Source: an uncultured Flavobacteriales bacterium (GTDB taxonomy: Bacteria > Bacteroidota > Bacteroidia > Flavobacteriales_D > Sanyastnellaceae). From it: a stretch of DNA of 64,000 nucleotides. Positions 50,257-60,800 of this stretch are shown piece after piece. Where the stretch lies: contig CALSRC010000013.1 of the NCBI GenBank assembly GCA_943788645.1, forward strand, positions 15,060 through 79,059. Reading direction: 5' to 3'. Every line of letters begins with the position of its first letter. Positions within the stretch are counted from its first letter, which is position 1. A model generated the notes under the pieces. The model was not told where the DNA came from, ran no database searches, and worked only from the letters and a program-made list of their open reading frames with translations. Position numbers and translations under genes: made by a program.

Positions 50257-51848
50257 AATTCGTTGATTCGGTTGAGATTCATCTCTGCTGTTGCGAGCAA
50301 GGCTGCTTGTTTATCCGCATCCATCCGATCCCACGTTCGGTATACCATTCCAATGCGCGGATTGCGCTCCAAAACCTCCCGGTGGCGCGCGTGAAAGTCC
50401 CAGTAAAGCGCATTAAAAGGACAGGCCTGTTCGCCCACTTTTTCATTCGCCTTATAGTGACACTCCTTGCAATAGTGACCCATTTTCTTAATGTATTGTG
50501 CGCTGCTCACGTATGGCTTGGATCCCACGATACCGCCATCGGCGAATTGACTCATGCCGCGCGTATTGGTCATCTCCACCCATTCCAACGCGTCAATGTA
50601 AACCCCCAAATACCAGGCGTCTACCTCATCGGGATCAATCCCCGCGAGCAAGGCAAAATTCCCCGTGATCATGAGCCGTTGAATGTGATGCGCATACGCG
50701 TGTTCCATGGTTTGATCTACCGCATGCGATAAACATGCCATGCGCGTTTTTCCCGTCCAATACCACTCCGGCAGTTTTCGCGAGTGATTGAAAAAGTTCA
50801 ATTCGGCATATTCTGGCATTTTCGCCCAATAGATTCCACGCATGTACTCTCGCCAACCCAGGATTTGACGGATAAACCCCTCTACCTGAGAGATGCTCAC
50901 GCGATTGGGATCGGTGCGCCAGGCATCTTCCACTGCATCCACCACCTCTTTTGGAGATAAGATTTTGGAATTCATCAGGAAACTGAGTCTCGAGTGGTAC
51001 ACGCTCCAACTTTCCTTGGTTAGCGCATCTTGGTAATCTCCAAAGTGCGGCAACAAGGTCTCCACAAAGTAAGCCAACGTCTGCTCCCCTTCCTCCCGTG
51101 TCAAGGGCCAACCCCATCCGCTCGCGGCAAGTCGTCCCGTTGTTCGAACACCTGATTGAGCCAGCAGCTCGACAAGAGGTTGCACGTCGCGCGGGAATAA
51201 CTTGGGCGGTGGAATGGGGTGATCTACCGGTATTCGTTGCCGGTTATTGGCATCGTAATTCCATTGCCCCCCTTCTGGAGCGCCCAAGGAATCCATGAGG
51301 ACATCGTGCTGCGATCGCATAGAGCGGTAAAAATTCTCCAGCCGGAAGGTTTTCTTGCCTTCAAAAAAACGCGCCAGGTCATCGCGTCCAGTGTAAAAAT
51401 GCTCCGTATCACAGGAGGTTGCCTTCCAGCCTCGTTCATGGCAGGATTGAGCGTAAGCATCGAGCACTTGATCCAGTCGGTATTCATCGGGCAATTGCCA
51501 ATGGAATGCAGTCGCCTGCACACGCCGCATGATCCGCTCCAAATTCCCTGCAAAGGACTGCCTGTTCTCTGGACTATCCAACGGCACGTAATGCACCCGG
51601 TGTCCTGCATCTTTGAGAGCCCGTGCAAAGAGCCGCATCGCACCAAAGAAGGCCACGACCTTTTGAACGTGATGAACCGCATAATCTGTCTCTGTGCGAA
51701 TTTCCATCAACACATACAACCGATGTGGCGTCGGACCTTTATCAAACCAAGAATGACGAAGGTTCAATTGATCGCCGCAAATTAACCGCAGCTCTTCCGC
51801 AGGTTGCAAGTCTGAGCAATCTTCTATGCAAGCATTCCAATTCATCAT
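50253..51848 (-). CDS. FeS-containing cryptochrome/photolyase family protein (PhrB/CryB-like, (6-4) photolyase class)
   Basis: 'LRLICGDQL' N-terminus and a C-terminal Cys cluster 'HYCKECHYKANEKVGEQACPFNALYWDF', typical of the 4Fe-4S bacterial cryptochrome/photolyase group. Confidence 0.8.
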   Translation of the reverse strand: MMNWNACIEDCSDLQPAEELRLICGDQLNLRHSWFDKGPTPHRLYVLMEIRTETDYAVHHVQKVVAFFGAMRLFARALKDAGHRVHYVPLDSPENRQSFAGNLERIMRRVQATAFHWQLPDEYRLDQVLDAYAQSCHERGWKATSCDTEHFYTGRDDLARFFEGKKTFRLENFYRSMRSQHDVLMDSLGAPEGGQWNYDANNRQRIPVDHPIPPPKLFPRDVQPLVELLAQSGVRTTGRLAASGWGWPLTREEGEQTLAYFVETLLPHFGDYQDALTKESWSVYHSRLSFLMNSKILSPKEVVDAVEDAWRTDPNRVSISQVEGFIRQILGWREYMRGIYWAKMPEYAELNFFNHSRKLPEWYWTGKTRMACLSHAVDQTMEHAYAHHIQRLMITGNFALLAGIDPDEVDAWYLGVYIDALEWVEMTNTRGMSQFADGGIVGSKPYVSSAQYIKKMGHYCKECHYKANEKVGEQACPFNALYWDFHARHREVLERNPRIGMVYRTWDRMDADKQAALLATAEMNLNRINEL

Positions 51849-51979
51849 GGCTTATTTCTTCGGCATCGTTCTGAGCAATAGCGGACTTCATCCCAACATC
51901 CTTTCCATTTCTTTCGCCATGAGAATGGACGCTGGCAAGCCACGCATGTTTTATCAGGTGGAAATTGAACCCGGCGCAT
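51845..51979 (-). CDS. DUF2256-like zinc-ribbon micro-protein (44 aa)
   Basis: Hand translation gives MRRVQFPPDKTCVACQRPFSWRKKWKGCWDEVRYCSERCRRNKP. The 'C..C.RPFSWRKKW...W..V.YCSERCR' pattern matches DUF2256. Its stop forms an ATGA overlap with the photolyase start. Not in the ORF track. Confidence 0.75.
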   Translation of the reverse strand: MRRVQFPPDKTCVACQRPFSWRKKWKGCWDEVRYCSERCRRNKP

Positions 51980-52014
51980 ACCGGTATAACCTCTGGACGG
52001 CTGAAAGGTTTAGC

Positions 52015-52902
52015 TCATTTTTTTTGCAACGCCTTCAGTTCTGACCAGCTCATTGGCACAGGCGTCGCTGAAACCGCATGGGGAACTTCTTCGCCATTCA
52101 AGAATTTCAATACCAACTCATTGAACAACTCGGGCGCCTCGATGCTGCATACGTGACCGCAATTTTCAATGACGGCTAACCGCATATTCTTCTGAATTTC
52201 TGTAAACCGTTTCGCTGCGCGAAAAAAGATGTGGTCTTGACTGCCCATTACCACCAAACCCTTCTTCTTCACTGGCCGGTTGACATAGTCCTTGATCAAA
52301 TGGAAAAATGGCTTGTAAAGCTCTATCCACTTCAGATACTCGCGGGTGGACAAGCGTCGACTTTGGCGACGAAAAATATACCGGCTCAGACGGTGATTGC
52401 GACGAGGAAGTACGATGAAGCTAAACAATCCATAAAAAGCTTGATATGGAAGCAATCGAGACAGCATTTTGCCCGAATGCACAAACCAATGCATGAGCCT
52501 GCTCCCGTCAAAAATAGCACCAGCCATGACCATCCGATCGACCAAGTCAGGCCGTTCAATATCGATTTTTTGCAAAATCACACTTCCGATGCTGAGGCTC
52601 ATGAAATGCGCTTTCTGGATATTCAGGTAATCGATGACCCCCAGAATATCCTTCGCAACAATGTCAAAATCGTAAGCGGGGAATTCCGGCATGATGTCCT
52701 TGCTATACCCGTGATCCCGCAAGTCGATCAGCAGGAGCCGGTAATGCGGTGAAAATGCCTCAACTTGAAACTTCCATGTGCGGATGCTACCGCCTGCACC
52801 GTGCACAAATACCAGCCACGGAGCATCGGGATTGTCAGCGATGACTTCGTGATGAAGCAGCGTACGTTCTTTCAAATCAGCCGTTCGTTCCATTTCTAGC
52901 AT
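52015..52902 (-). CDS. alpha/beta hydrolase
   Basis: 'LVFVHGAGGS' and the nucleophile-elbow-like 'HFMSLSIGS'. 295 aa. Confidence 0.75.
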   Translation of the reverse strand: MLEMERTADLKERTLLHHEVIADNPDAPWLVFVHGAGGSIRTWKFQVEAFSPHYRLLLIDLRDHGYSKDIMPEFPAYDFDIVAKDILGVIDYLNIQKAHFMSLSIGSVILQKIDIERPDLVDRMVMAGAIFDGSRLMHWFVHSGKMLSRLLPYQAFYGLFSFIVLPRRNHRLSRYIFRRQSRRLSTREYLKWIELYKPFFHLIKDYVNRPVKKKGLVVMGSQDHIFFRAAKRFTEIQKNMRLAVIENCGHVCSIEAPELFNELVLKFLNGEEVPHAVSATPVPMSWSELKALQKK

Positions 52903-52924
52903 GCGCTAATTTCGATGAATTCAA

Positions 52925-53614
52925 CTAGATTTCCTCATCAGACCATCCCTGCATGAAATCGATCATGGCTTCTGGAGAAGCAGCCTCGGTCTTGGCATAG
53001 GCCAATCGGTGTACCTTTTGGGTGCGGTGGTAGCCGTCCAACGAACTCAGGGCCACCACGTCAAGTCCTTCGAGATCCAGGTATCCATCCGCACACATTG
53101 CTTCTTCAGGAAACTCCACCCACCTAATCTGAGCAACGACAAACCGGCATCGGTTTTGAGGTATTTCCCATTCATCGACCCGCTCCAATCCGATTCGCAC
53201 GGGGCTTTCCTCCACCGCGGGTGCATCAAATCCACATCTGAAGATCGGTGTGAGCCCCAAGGCCTCAAATTCATCGGTTTCCTGAGGAAAGCGGGCACTC
53301 GCCTGATGAGCTTTCATGGTCAGCGACGCCGGGACATGGTTCAGCGTAAAGCATCCAGTTTCTCGCATATTCCAATAGCTGTGGCTGCCCAACTTCGGCT
53401 CAACGGGTGGGCGGAAAACCATTCCCAGTAGAGCGGGGTCAGACCCCAGGTGCACCACTGAACTGATGATGCTCAAATTGTGAACTCCATCAACGCTCGT
53501 GGTCCCGACGAGATTCGCGCTTTTAAATCCACTCAAGCTATTGACCAACCTCCCTCGCTTGCGACGTGGCATCAAGTCCAAATCCAGGTCGTTGAGCGTC
53601 TTGAAATTGCTCAT
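52925..53614 (-). CDS. flavin reductase-like (FMN-binding split-barrel) protein
   Basis: 'SANLVGTTSVDGVHNLSIISSVVHLGSDPALLGMVFRP' is typical of the flavin reductase-like domain. ATGA overlap with the SDR stop. Confidence 0.7.
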   Translation of the reverse strand: MSNFKTLNDLDLDLMPRRKRGRLVNSLSGFKSANLVGTTSVDGVHNLSIISSVVHLGSDPALLGMVFRPPVEPKLGSHSYWNMRETGCFTLNHVPASLTMKAHQASARFPQETDEFEALGLTPIFRCGFDAPAVEESPVRIGLERVDEWEIPQNRCRFVVAQIRWVEFPEEAMCADGYLDLEGLDVVALSSLDGYHRTQKVHRLAYAKTEAASPEAMIDFMQGWSDEEI

Positions 53615-54315
53615 TTTCGAATGGCTCCTATGCCACCGTCCGCAGCATATATCTGGCCCGTTACAAAAGCCGCTTCGCTACCCAGCAACCAGGTCGCCAA
53701 AGAGGCAAGTCCCGAAGCACTCCCCACTGTCTGCAGCGGGTGCCGTGCAGCTGCAGCCTCCCGTTTAGCTTCATTGGATAACATGGGTTCAGCCAGTGAA
53801 GTATCCGTCAGCGACGGAGCAATGGCATTCACACGCACTTTTGGCGCCCATTCAGCTGCCAAGGAACGCGTCAAACCTTCGACAGCACCCTTGGCCATCG
53901 CAATGCTCGCATGATACGGCATACCTGTTTGAACGGCTATTGTGCTGAATAAAACAACCGATGCAGCGCCTGCATTTTGCAACAACTTGGCATTCGACTG
54001 AAGCGTTTGCACCGCCCCGAGAGCGTTGACTTCAAATTCTTCAAGAAAATGTTCTCGCTTCAATCCCTTTAGAGGCTTAAGCCTGATGGTTCCCGGGCAA
54101 TACACGAGTCCGTCAAGGGAGTCTGCAAAACCTGACAGATCACAAGGGTGAGCAACGGCATCAAAAATCAAACTTTGGTAGTTCGGATGCCCCGTCGTAA
54201 CACCCGTTCGGGACACACCGATTACGCGATGCCCCAGGCTGAGCAGCTGGAGTCGAATGGCTTCTCCGATTCCTCGGGAATCGCCTATAATAGCGAATGT
54301 CTTTAAATCAGGCAT
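53611..54315 (-). CDS. SDR family oxidoreductase
   Basis: 'AIIGDSRGIGEAI' is the cofactor motif and 'YHASIAMAKGA' is a YxxxK-like catalytic region. 234 aa. Confidence 0.8.
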   Translation of the reverse strand: MPDLKTFAIIGDSRGIGEAIRLQLLSLGHRVIGVSRTGVTTGHPNYQSLIFDAVAHPCDLSGFADSLDGLVYCPGTIRLKPLKGLKREHFLEEFEVNALGAVQTLQSNAKLLQNAGAASVVLFSTIAVQTGMPYHASIAMAKGAVEGLTRSLAAEWAPKVRVNAIAPSLTDTSLAEPMLSNEAKREAAAARHPLQTVGSASGLASLATWLLGSEAAFVTGQIYAADGGIGAIRK

Positions 54316-54484
54316 TTGAACCGTTGAGCAAGGTGGATATCTCGTCTTCTACCTTGGCGGCCTCAGCCATCAATGCATCCGATTTTGTTCGATCAATTGC
54401 ACTCATACGGTGGGCATCTGCTAACAATGCTGCATGCCGCTTTTGCAATTTCTTTACGGGGTCTTTCTTGAATATTCCTAACAT
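54308..54484 (-). CDS. Lacal_2735-like small protein (58 aa)
   Basis: Hand translation gives MLGIFKKDPVKKLQKRHAALLADAHRMSAIDRTKSDALMAEAAKVEDEISTLLNGSNA. It overlaps the SDR start by 8 nt (ATGCCTGA). Not in the ORF track. Confidence 0.6.
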   Translation of the reverse strand: MLGIFKKDPVKKLQKRHAALLADAHRMSAIDRTKSDALMAEAAKVEDEISTLLNGSNA

Positions 54485-54523
54485 GCAGGTACAACAAACA
54501 GGACGCCCACGTGTTCGAAGACA

Positions 54524-57154
54524 TCAACCCAATTGCTCAAGCTTCCCTCGCAACACCTCCAATTTGGTCAAGGCGTCCGACTCCTTTTTCTGCTCGAGTT
54601 CAACGACGTTTGCGGGTGCATTCTCAACAAAGCGCGCATTGCCCAATTTGCCTCGCACACCTTTCAAGAAACCATTCAGATGATCCATTTCTTTCTGAAT
54701 TTTCGCTTTTTCCGCGTCAACATCCACAGCATCTCCAAAAGGGATATAAAAGGATGAGGTTCCCACAATAAAGCCAAATGCATTGGGCACTTTTTCATCA
54801 GTGCGCTTCAATTCCGTCACATTCCCCAGCTTCACAATGGCCGCCTCGAAGAGTTCTGGAAATTCTGCTCCCAAATTCACACTCATCTCCAGTGTATCGC
54901 GCATCGGAATTTGATTTTCCTTTCGAATATTCCGGATTTCGGAAACGATTTGCTGAAAAGCATCCGACTGGGTCAAAATCCCCCGATCGTATTCCAACCT
55001 TTTGGGCCAAGGCGCAATACATAGAGCCTCTTCCGGACCAGTACGCTTCTCTATCCAATGCCAAATCTCCTCCGTTTGAAACGGCATAAACGGATGCAGC
55101 ATTTTCAATAAATCGCCAAAAATCATTTGAGTATCGGCCAGGGTCTGTCCGTCTATGGGTGCACCATAGGCGGGCTTAATCAGCTCAAGGTACCAGCTGC
55201 AAAAATCATCCCAGACCAATCGGTACATATTCATCAGCGCTTCGCTCAATCGAAATTCAGCGAATTGTCCTTCGAGCTCCTCCAACACCTGCTGTACACG
55301 CGCGTTCATCCACTTCACCGCGACAGCGGAAGACTCCGGAACAGCTCCTTTGGCATCGACCTCCCAGCTTTGCGTCAACCGAAATGCATTCCAAATTTTA
55401 TTCGCAAAGTTTCGGCCTTGTTCACACAACTTTTCATCGAAGGGCAGATCATTTCCAGCAGGAGACGTTAAGAGCATCCCCACCCGAACACCGTCTGCAC
55501 CGAATTGATTCATCAATTCAATCGGATCGGGACTATTTCCCAAACTCTTGGACATTTTCCGGCCCTGCTTATCCCTCACAATGCCCGTGTAGTAGACATT
55601 TTTGAAGGGCTCTTGTCCCCGGTATTCATAACCGGCAATGATCATGCGAGCGACCCAGAAGAACATGATTTCCGGTGCCGTCACCAAATCTGCTGTAGGA
55701 TAATAGTAACTGACCTCCTCTTCTGTATTCAGTCCATCAAACACCTGAATGGGCCACAACCAACTGCTGAACCACGTATCCATTACATCCTCATCCTGAT
55801 GCAAGGCCGAAGCAATCAACGCCGGGTTTCCAGACTTTTCACGGGCCTTTGACAAGGCTTCTTCCGCTGTTTTGGCGACGACAAAATCCTCCGGTCCCTC
55901 ACCATAGAACCAAGCAGGAATGCGATGCCCCCACCACAATTGGCGGCTGACACACCAATCCTTCACATTTTCCATCCAATGGCGGTAGCTATTTTTGAAC
56001 TTGGGCGGATGAAATTGAATGGTACCATCCATTACATGATCCAATGCAGGCTTGGACAATTCCTTCATGGACAGAAACCACTGCAGGGACAAACGCGGCT
56101 CAATCACCGCATTTGTGCGCTCTGAACGACCAACATTGTTCGTGTAATCTTCTGTCTTGACTAAGTGTCCGGATTCATTCAGTGCACCTTCGACCGACTT
56201 TCGTGCTTCGAATCGATCCTGTCCTGCGAATTGTCCACCGTGCGCGTTGAGCTTGGCGTCTGCGTCGAATATATCAATGGACTCCAGTCCGTGCTTTTGG
56301 CCCAAGTCGTAGTCATTCACGTCATGAGCAGGCGTTACCTTCAGGCATCCGGTCCCAAATTCTCGGTCCACGTAATCATCCAGAATAATGGGTACCTCCC
56401 GGTCGCTCAAAGGAACACGAGCTCGCTTGCCATGCAAATGAGTGAATCGTTCATCCTCAGGATGAATGCAAATTGCCGTGTCGCCCATAATCGTTTCCGG
56501 ACGGGTAGTCGCAACGGTCAAAAACTCTCCAGGAGCATCCACAACTTCGTACCGCACATAATACAGCTTGCCATTCTCTTCCGTATGGATCACCTCTTCA
56601 TCGCTCAAAGCAGTTTGCGCGACAGGATCCCAATGTACCATGCGCTTTCCTCGATAAATCAAGCCTTTTTCATGCAAATCGATGAAGGTATCGATGACTC
56701 CATCGGAATACCCATCATCGAGGGTAAAACGCGTTCGTGACCAATCACAGCTCGCCCCGAGTTTCTTGAGCTGCTCCAAAATTATGCCCCCATGCTCATG
56801 CGTCCATTCCCAGGCATGCTCCAAAAATGCATCACGGGAAAGATCTGACTTTTTGATGCCCTTTTCGCGCAAGCGCCGCACGACCTTTGCTTCAGTCGCA
56901 ATGGATGCATGGTCCGTTCCGGGGACCCAACAAGCATTCTTTCCCATCATCCGTGCCCGTCGAACCAAAACATCTTGGATCGTATTGTTTAACATGTGCC
57001 CCATGTGCAACACACCGGTCACGTTGGGCGGTGGAATGACAACCGTATAAGGCTCCCTTTCGTCGGGTTTGGATTCGAAAAACTTGTGCTCCAACCAGTA
57101 CGCGTACCACTTCTCTTCACTCGCGCCTGGATCGTATGTCGTAGGTAACTCCAT
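54524..57154 (-). CDS. valS: valine--tRNA ligase
   Basis: HIGH-type 'VLHMGHML', 'KMSKSLGN' and a C-terminal coiled coil. 876 aa. Confidence 0.95.
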   Translation of the reverse strand: MELPTTYDPGASEEKWYAYWLEHKFFESKPDEREPYTVVIPPPNVTGVLHMGHMLNNTIQDVLVRRARMMGKNACWVPGTDHASIATEAKVVRRLREKGIKKSDLSRDAFLEHAWEWTHEHGGIILEQLKKLGASCDWSRTRFTLDDGYSDGVIDTFIDLHEKGLIYRGKRMVHWDPVAQTALSDEEVIHTEENGKLYYVRYEVVDAPGEFLTVATTRPETIMGDTAICIHPEDERFTHLHGKRARVPLSDREVPIILDDYVDREFGTGCLKVTPAHDVNDYDLGQKHGLESIDIFDADAKLNAHGGQFAGQDRFEARKSVEGALNESGHLVKTEDYTNNVGRSERTNAVIEPRLSLQWFLSMKELSKPALDHVMDGTIQFHPPKFKNSYRHWMENVKDWCVSRQLWWGHRIPAWFYGEGPEDFVVAKTAEEALSKAREKSGNPALIASALHQDEDVMDTWFSSWLWPIQVFDGLNTEEEVSYYYPTADLVTAPEIMFFWVARMIIAGYEYRGQEPFKNVYYTGIVRDKQGRKMSKSLGNSPDPIELMNQFGADGVRVGMLLTSPAGNDLPFDEKLCEQGRNFANKIWNAFRLTQSWEVDAKGAVPESSAVAVKWMNARVQQVLEELEGQFAEFRLSEALMNMYRLVWDDFCSWYLELIKPAYGAPIDGQTLADTQMIFGDLLKMLHPFMPFQTEEIWHWIEKRTGPEEALCIAPWPKRLEYDRGILTQSDAFQQIVSEIRNIRKENQIPMRDTLEMSVNLGAEFPELFEAAIVKLGNVTELKRTDEKVPNAFGFIVGTSSFYIPFGDAVDVDAEKAKIQKEMDHLNGFLKGVRGKLGNARFVENAPANVVELEQKKESDALTKLEVLRGKLEQLG

Positions 57155-57190
57155 CTATTGCATTCCGTTTAGTCGTGGCAAAAATCGGAC

Positions 57191-57229
57191 AAAAAAGAAG
57201 TCGTTCCGCCACGAAGGGAAACGACTTCT
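57191..57229 (-). terminator. rho-independent terminator after the DUF1573 gene
   Basis: On the minus strand: agaagtcgt...acgacttct (9-bp outer stem with extra inner pairing), followed by T6. Confidence 0.7.
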
Positions 57230-57262
57230 CAAAAGGACATCTGTCCTAAAATGTCTGTGGCT

Positions 57263-57703
57263 TTACTCCTTATTTACTGGAGCTCCTACTGAAGTTGGTT
57301 TAACAGGTGCGCCACCTGTATTTCCAGCGTCCGCAGCTTCCACCTTGCCTTTGATGCGAATCACCTTCGTGGGTTCATTGCTGGCATTGGATGTAATGGT
57401 TACGCTTTTGTTTATTGGGCCAATGCGTTTCGTATCGTATCGAACATTGATGACCGAAGTGGCTCCTGGCATGATCGGATCTTTGTCGCATTTTGGAACA
57501 GTGCATCCACATGATCCTTTGCAACGGGACATGATCAACGGCTCTGTTCCATCATTCGTCACAGTGAACTGGCATCCGCCATCTGCACCCTGCGTGATTG
57601 TACCATAGTCGTGCACGTCCTTGTCTAGTGCGATGGAAGGTCCTTGCGCCATCGCTGTCGCCATGCCCACGAGGAGCACACATGCTGTCAAAATTTGTTT
57701 CAT
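57263..57703 (-). CDS. DUF1573 domain-containing secreted protein
   Basis: Signal peptide 'MKQILTACVLLVGMATAMAQ', then 'HDYGTI..G....C.F.VTN.G..PL' and 'CGCTVP', typical of DUF1573. Confidence 0.75.
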   Translation of the reverse strand: MKQILTACVLLVGMATAMAQGPSIALDKDVHDYGTITQGADGGCQFTVTNDGTEPLIMSRCKGSCGCTVPKCDKDPIMPGATSVINVRYDTKRIGPINKSVTITSNASNEPTKVIRIKGKVEAADAGNTGGAPVKPTSVGAPVNKE

Positions 57704-57816
57704 AGCTGACTTAATTTTCAAGGTTAAAGATAAACACAAAGAAATTAGCTCCGGTGCGATTGCTCAAAATTGAGACAATTTCACACTTGGCGCATTTCTA
57801 ATTCAATAATTGCGCC

Positions 57817-57849
57817 AAAAAAAGGGGAGATTGTGATCTCCCCTTTTTT
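57817..57849. terminator. intrinsic terminator downstream of the 1316-aa gene (bidirectional architecture)
   Basis: 8-bp stem ggggagat/atctcccc with loop tgtg, flanked by A7 and T6. A second hairpin, ttggcgca...tgcgccaa, lies immediately adjacent at about 57787-57818. Confidence 0.8.
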
Positions 57850-57869
57850 CCTCATCTCGTTTCAAGCGA

Positions 57870-60800
57870 TTATTCGCAGGAAATTCCAAAATTGGATAAG
57901 AAGGACAACAAATCAGGTGTTCCCACCGAACCGTCGCCATTCAAATCTCCCGGACATGAACCTGCATTAAATGTGCACGACCCGTCATCAGAATTTGCTG
58001 AAGCATCATAGTTCTCAGCATCTTCATAGGTACAACCTGGCGCAATTGCACTCAAGCAGTAGCTGGCGTCCGTTGCAGAGAATGGATTGTATTCTGCATA
58101 GGCTGGATCTGTGCATCCTGGGCACTGGTCGCAACTATTGAAGCACGCACCGGAAGTAAGGGTGTTACTCGATACTGTGATCACCCGGTTGCCACCGATT
58201 CCGCAATCGCCTACACTTTCATCCATGCCCCATTCGTCACCGTTGATGAATTTGTACTCGTACGTTCCTTGTTGCAATTGGATCACCAATTCATACACAC
58301 CGTATCCGATGTAAGGAACAGCCGTTGCACCTGGATCCCATCCTTGGAAGCCACCAGCGAGGTGGACACCTGCAGCGGAAACCGTCTCGTTGGACATGTT
58401 CACTCTGAACGAAACCAAGTAAGAACAACTTCCATCGTCTACGTTGGCTCCGGGCTCATAATTCTGAGCGGAAGCATCCATGCAGCCGTTGTAGTTGCAG
58501 TCGCCTGCATCCGTCGCATTCTCGTCATAGTTGTCTGCAGACGCATCTTGGCATCCAACAACCTCTTGGCAGTCAAGAACCGAATCTTCATCTGTATCCG
58601 TGTAATCACAAGCAACACTGAGGTCGCAGAAATCTGTGAATCCACAGGCCATCGGATCACCACAGCCCATGTTGAAGGCGGACACAGGAGCGGCCCACAA
58701 ATAACTTGGACCAATGATTGGTACAGCTGATTGCCAAACACCATTTGTTTCACTCAAAACCACCGTACCGCCGGTGATCGGATCTACAAAGCGGATCAGG
58801 TTTCCGCAGAAAGAAATGTCCGCCAAACCTGCAAGCAATTGTAAATCGGCAAGTAAACCGCCTGTTTGGTCAGTGATGTTAGAAAGGCTCATCGGGCCAT
58901 CCGTTCCGTCTCCTAAGAACACACCGTTCAAGGCAACATTCGGATTAACTCCTCCTGCCGCTTCGCAATCTGCAGCGTAGATTTCATTTTCAGTTCCTGA
59001 AAGTGTGACACCTACCAACCATACAACCTCCGCGCCTGTGGCAATGGTAGAAGATTCATTGAAATCGCAACTTCCGTCATCATCCGTTGCTGCGCCGTTG
59101 TAGTTGCAGGCGATTGCACTGGTGCAACCCATCACAACAAGCGAGTTTCCGTCGCAGTCAAACCCTTCCTCTGCATAGATGCAACTTCCATCGTCTGACG
59201 TCGCGAGGGCGTTGTAATTGCAAGCCGTTTCATCATTGCAACCAGGCCCGAGGGCAACCACTTCCAAGCTTGCGGCCAAACGAGGCGCTGTGTAATCTTG
59301 AATCTGATCAATCCAAACCATGGCCTCTTCAGGCCCCATGGTTGGGTTCAACGTCAATTGGGTTGCAGCAATGTTGGTTCCGTTCGCCGCATCGACTGCT
59401 TGCGTAACTGCAACATTCCACCACTGCCAAGGAGAGCTATCGTAGGGCTCAGTTGGAGCGCCATCGACATAATTGTTCAAAACAGGATACAATCCATCCC
59501 AGCCGTTATTGCCGAAGGCTACAGCAGGATCGGACAACCCAATCTCAGCAAAAGGAGCATTGTTGTTTGAAGCGTACCCATTGATTTCGTCATGGATGTC
59601 ATACGCACCCGAAACCTCTACAACCGGTTCGTTGGTCGTAGGTACAATCAAGACGCCTGTCGTGTAAGGGGCAAACTGATCGTGCGGTCCGTGGAAACTG
59701 ACCATGGGCATGTCGCCCTCGTCCAACCAGTTCAAATCGCCCAAGGCTCCTCCCAAGTTCATTTGGAAGTCAAAATCACTGGAGTAACCTACGTGATTGG
59801 CCATGCACAACTGGAAACCACCTACAGACTCAGGGGCGTAGGTATCCGTCGTGGCATTCGGATCACCGTGAATGCCTTCAATTACCATGGGGATGAAGGA
59901 ACCGTCGCCTGGATCGTACCAGAATTTGGTGATGGGGCTCCCTAAATCATCAACAATGATGTCGTTGTAGTCTGAAATGGTCGAGGAAGCCAACGTGATG
60001 TAACCTCCTGTTCCTTCCCCAAACATGGCAATTTTGTCTCCCACTCCCCAAGGGTTACCGTCTTCTGCCGCGCTCTTGCGGAAGAAACGAACCGCCGTAC
60101 GACTGTCTTGTACGCCTCGATAAGCCGCTTGGATTAATTGCAGTGTGCGCTCAGATTGCGTGCCTGCGAGTGGATTCCACCCCAATCGATAATCGCACGA
60201 AGCCACGACGTAGCCCATTCGCGCAAAACGTGAGCAAATCTCTACAGCCGAACTATCCGTTCGTGTTCCTACCGCACTGCCGTTAACGTATTGGGGCAAA
60301 AAGTTACCCGTATGGAAATAGAGAATGACCGGTCGGTCTGTCTCGGAGTCACCAGCGGGCTCGTAGACATCCATTAACAGGTTCTCAGGTGCAGGCGGTA
60401 AGCCTTGCAACGCTGGAATCACCGTGATGTTCTCTCCGTAAACAACACCAGAAGTCACTTCAACATCGTCAAAAATTTCGTCTACATACCGAACTCCTCC
60501 AGCAATGGTGGTTTCTGTAACTGCGCCCAAAGCCAGTCCCATACGAGGCGTGTTGTATTCGACCATCTCATCGATCCACATCATCGCTTCTGCCTCACCC
60601 ATGGTCGGGTTCAAGGTCAGTTGCGTGGCTAGGATGTTGGTGCCGTTGGCATCATCATAGGCTTGCACTGGAGCCGTCGCCCACCATTGCCATGGTGAGC
60701 TGTCAAATGGCTCAGTTGGAACTCCATCTACGTAGCTGTTCAATACTGGGAACAAACCGTCGAATCCAAGGTTTGCAGGCGAACCTCCATCTTCCAATCC

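Noticed and set aside
51219-51785. 188-aa plus-strand ORF inside the FeS photolyase gene
   Set aside because: It is an antisense shadow ORF within a gene supported by the family-specific Cys cluster.
54297-54683. 128-aa plus-strand ORF spanning the SDR start, the micro-ORF and the valS 3' end
   Set aside because: It is antisense to three better-supported minus-strand genes and its translation is Ser/Ala/Phe-rich with no motifs.
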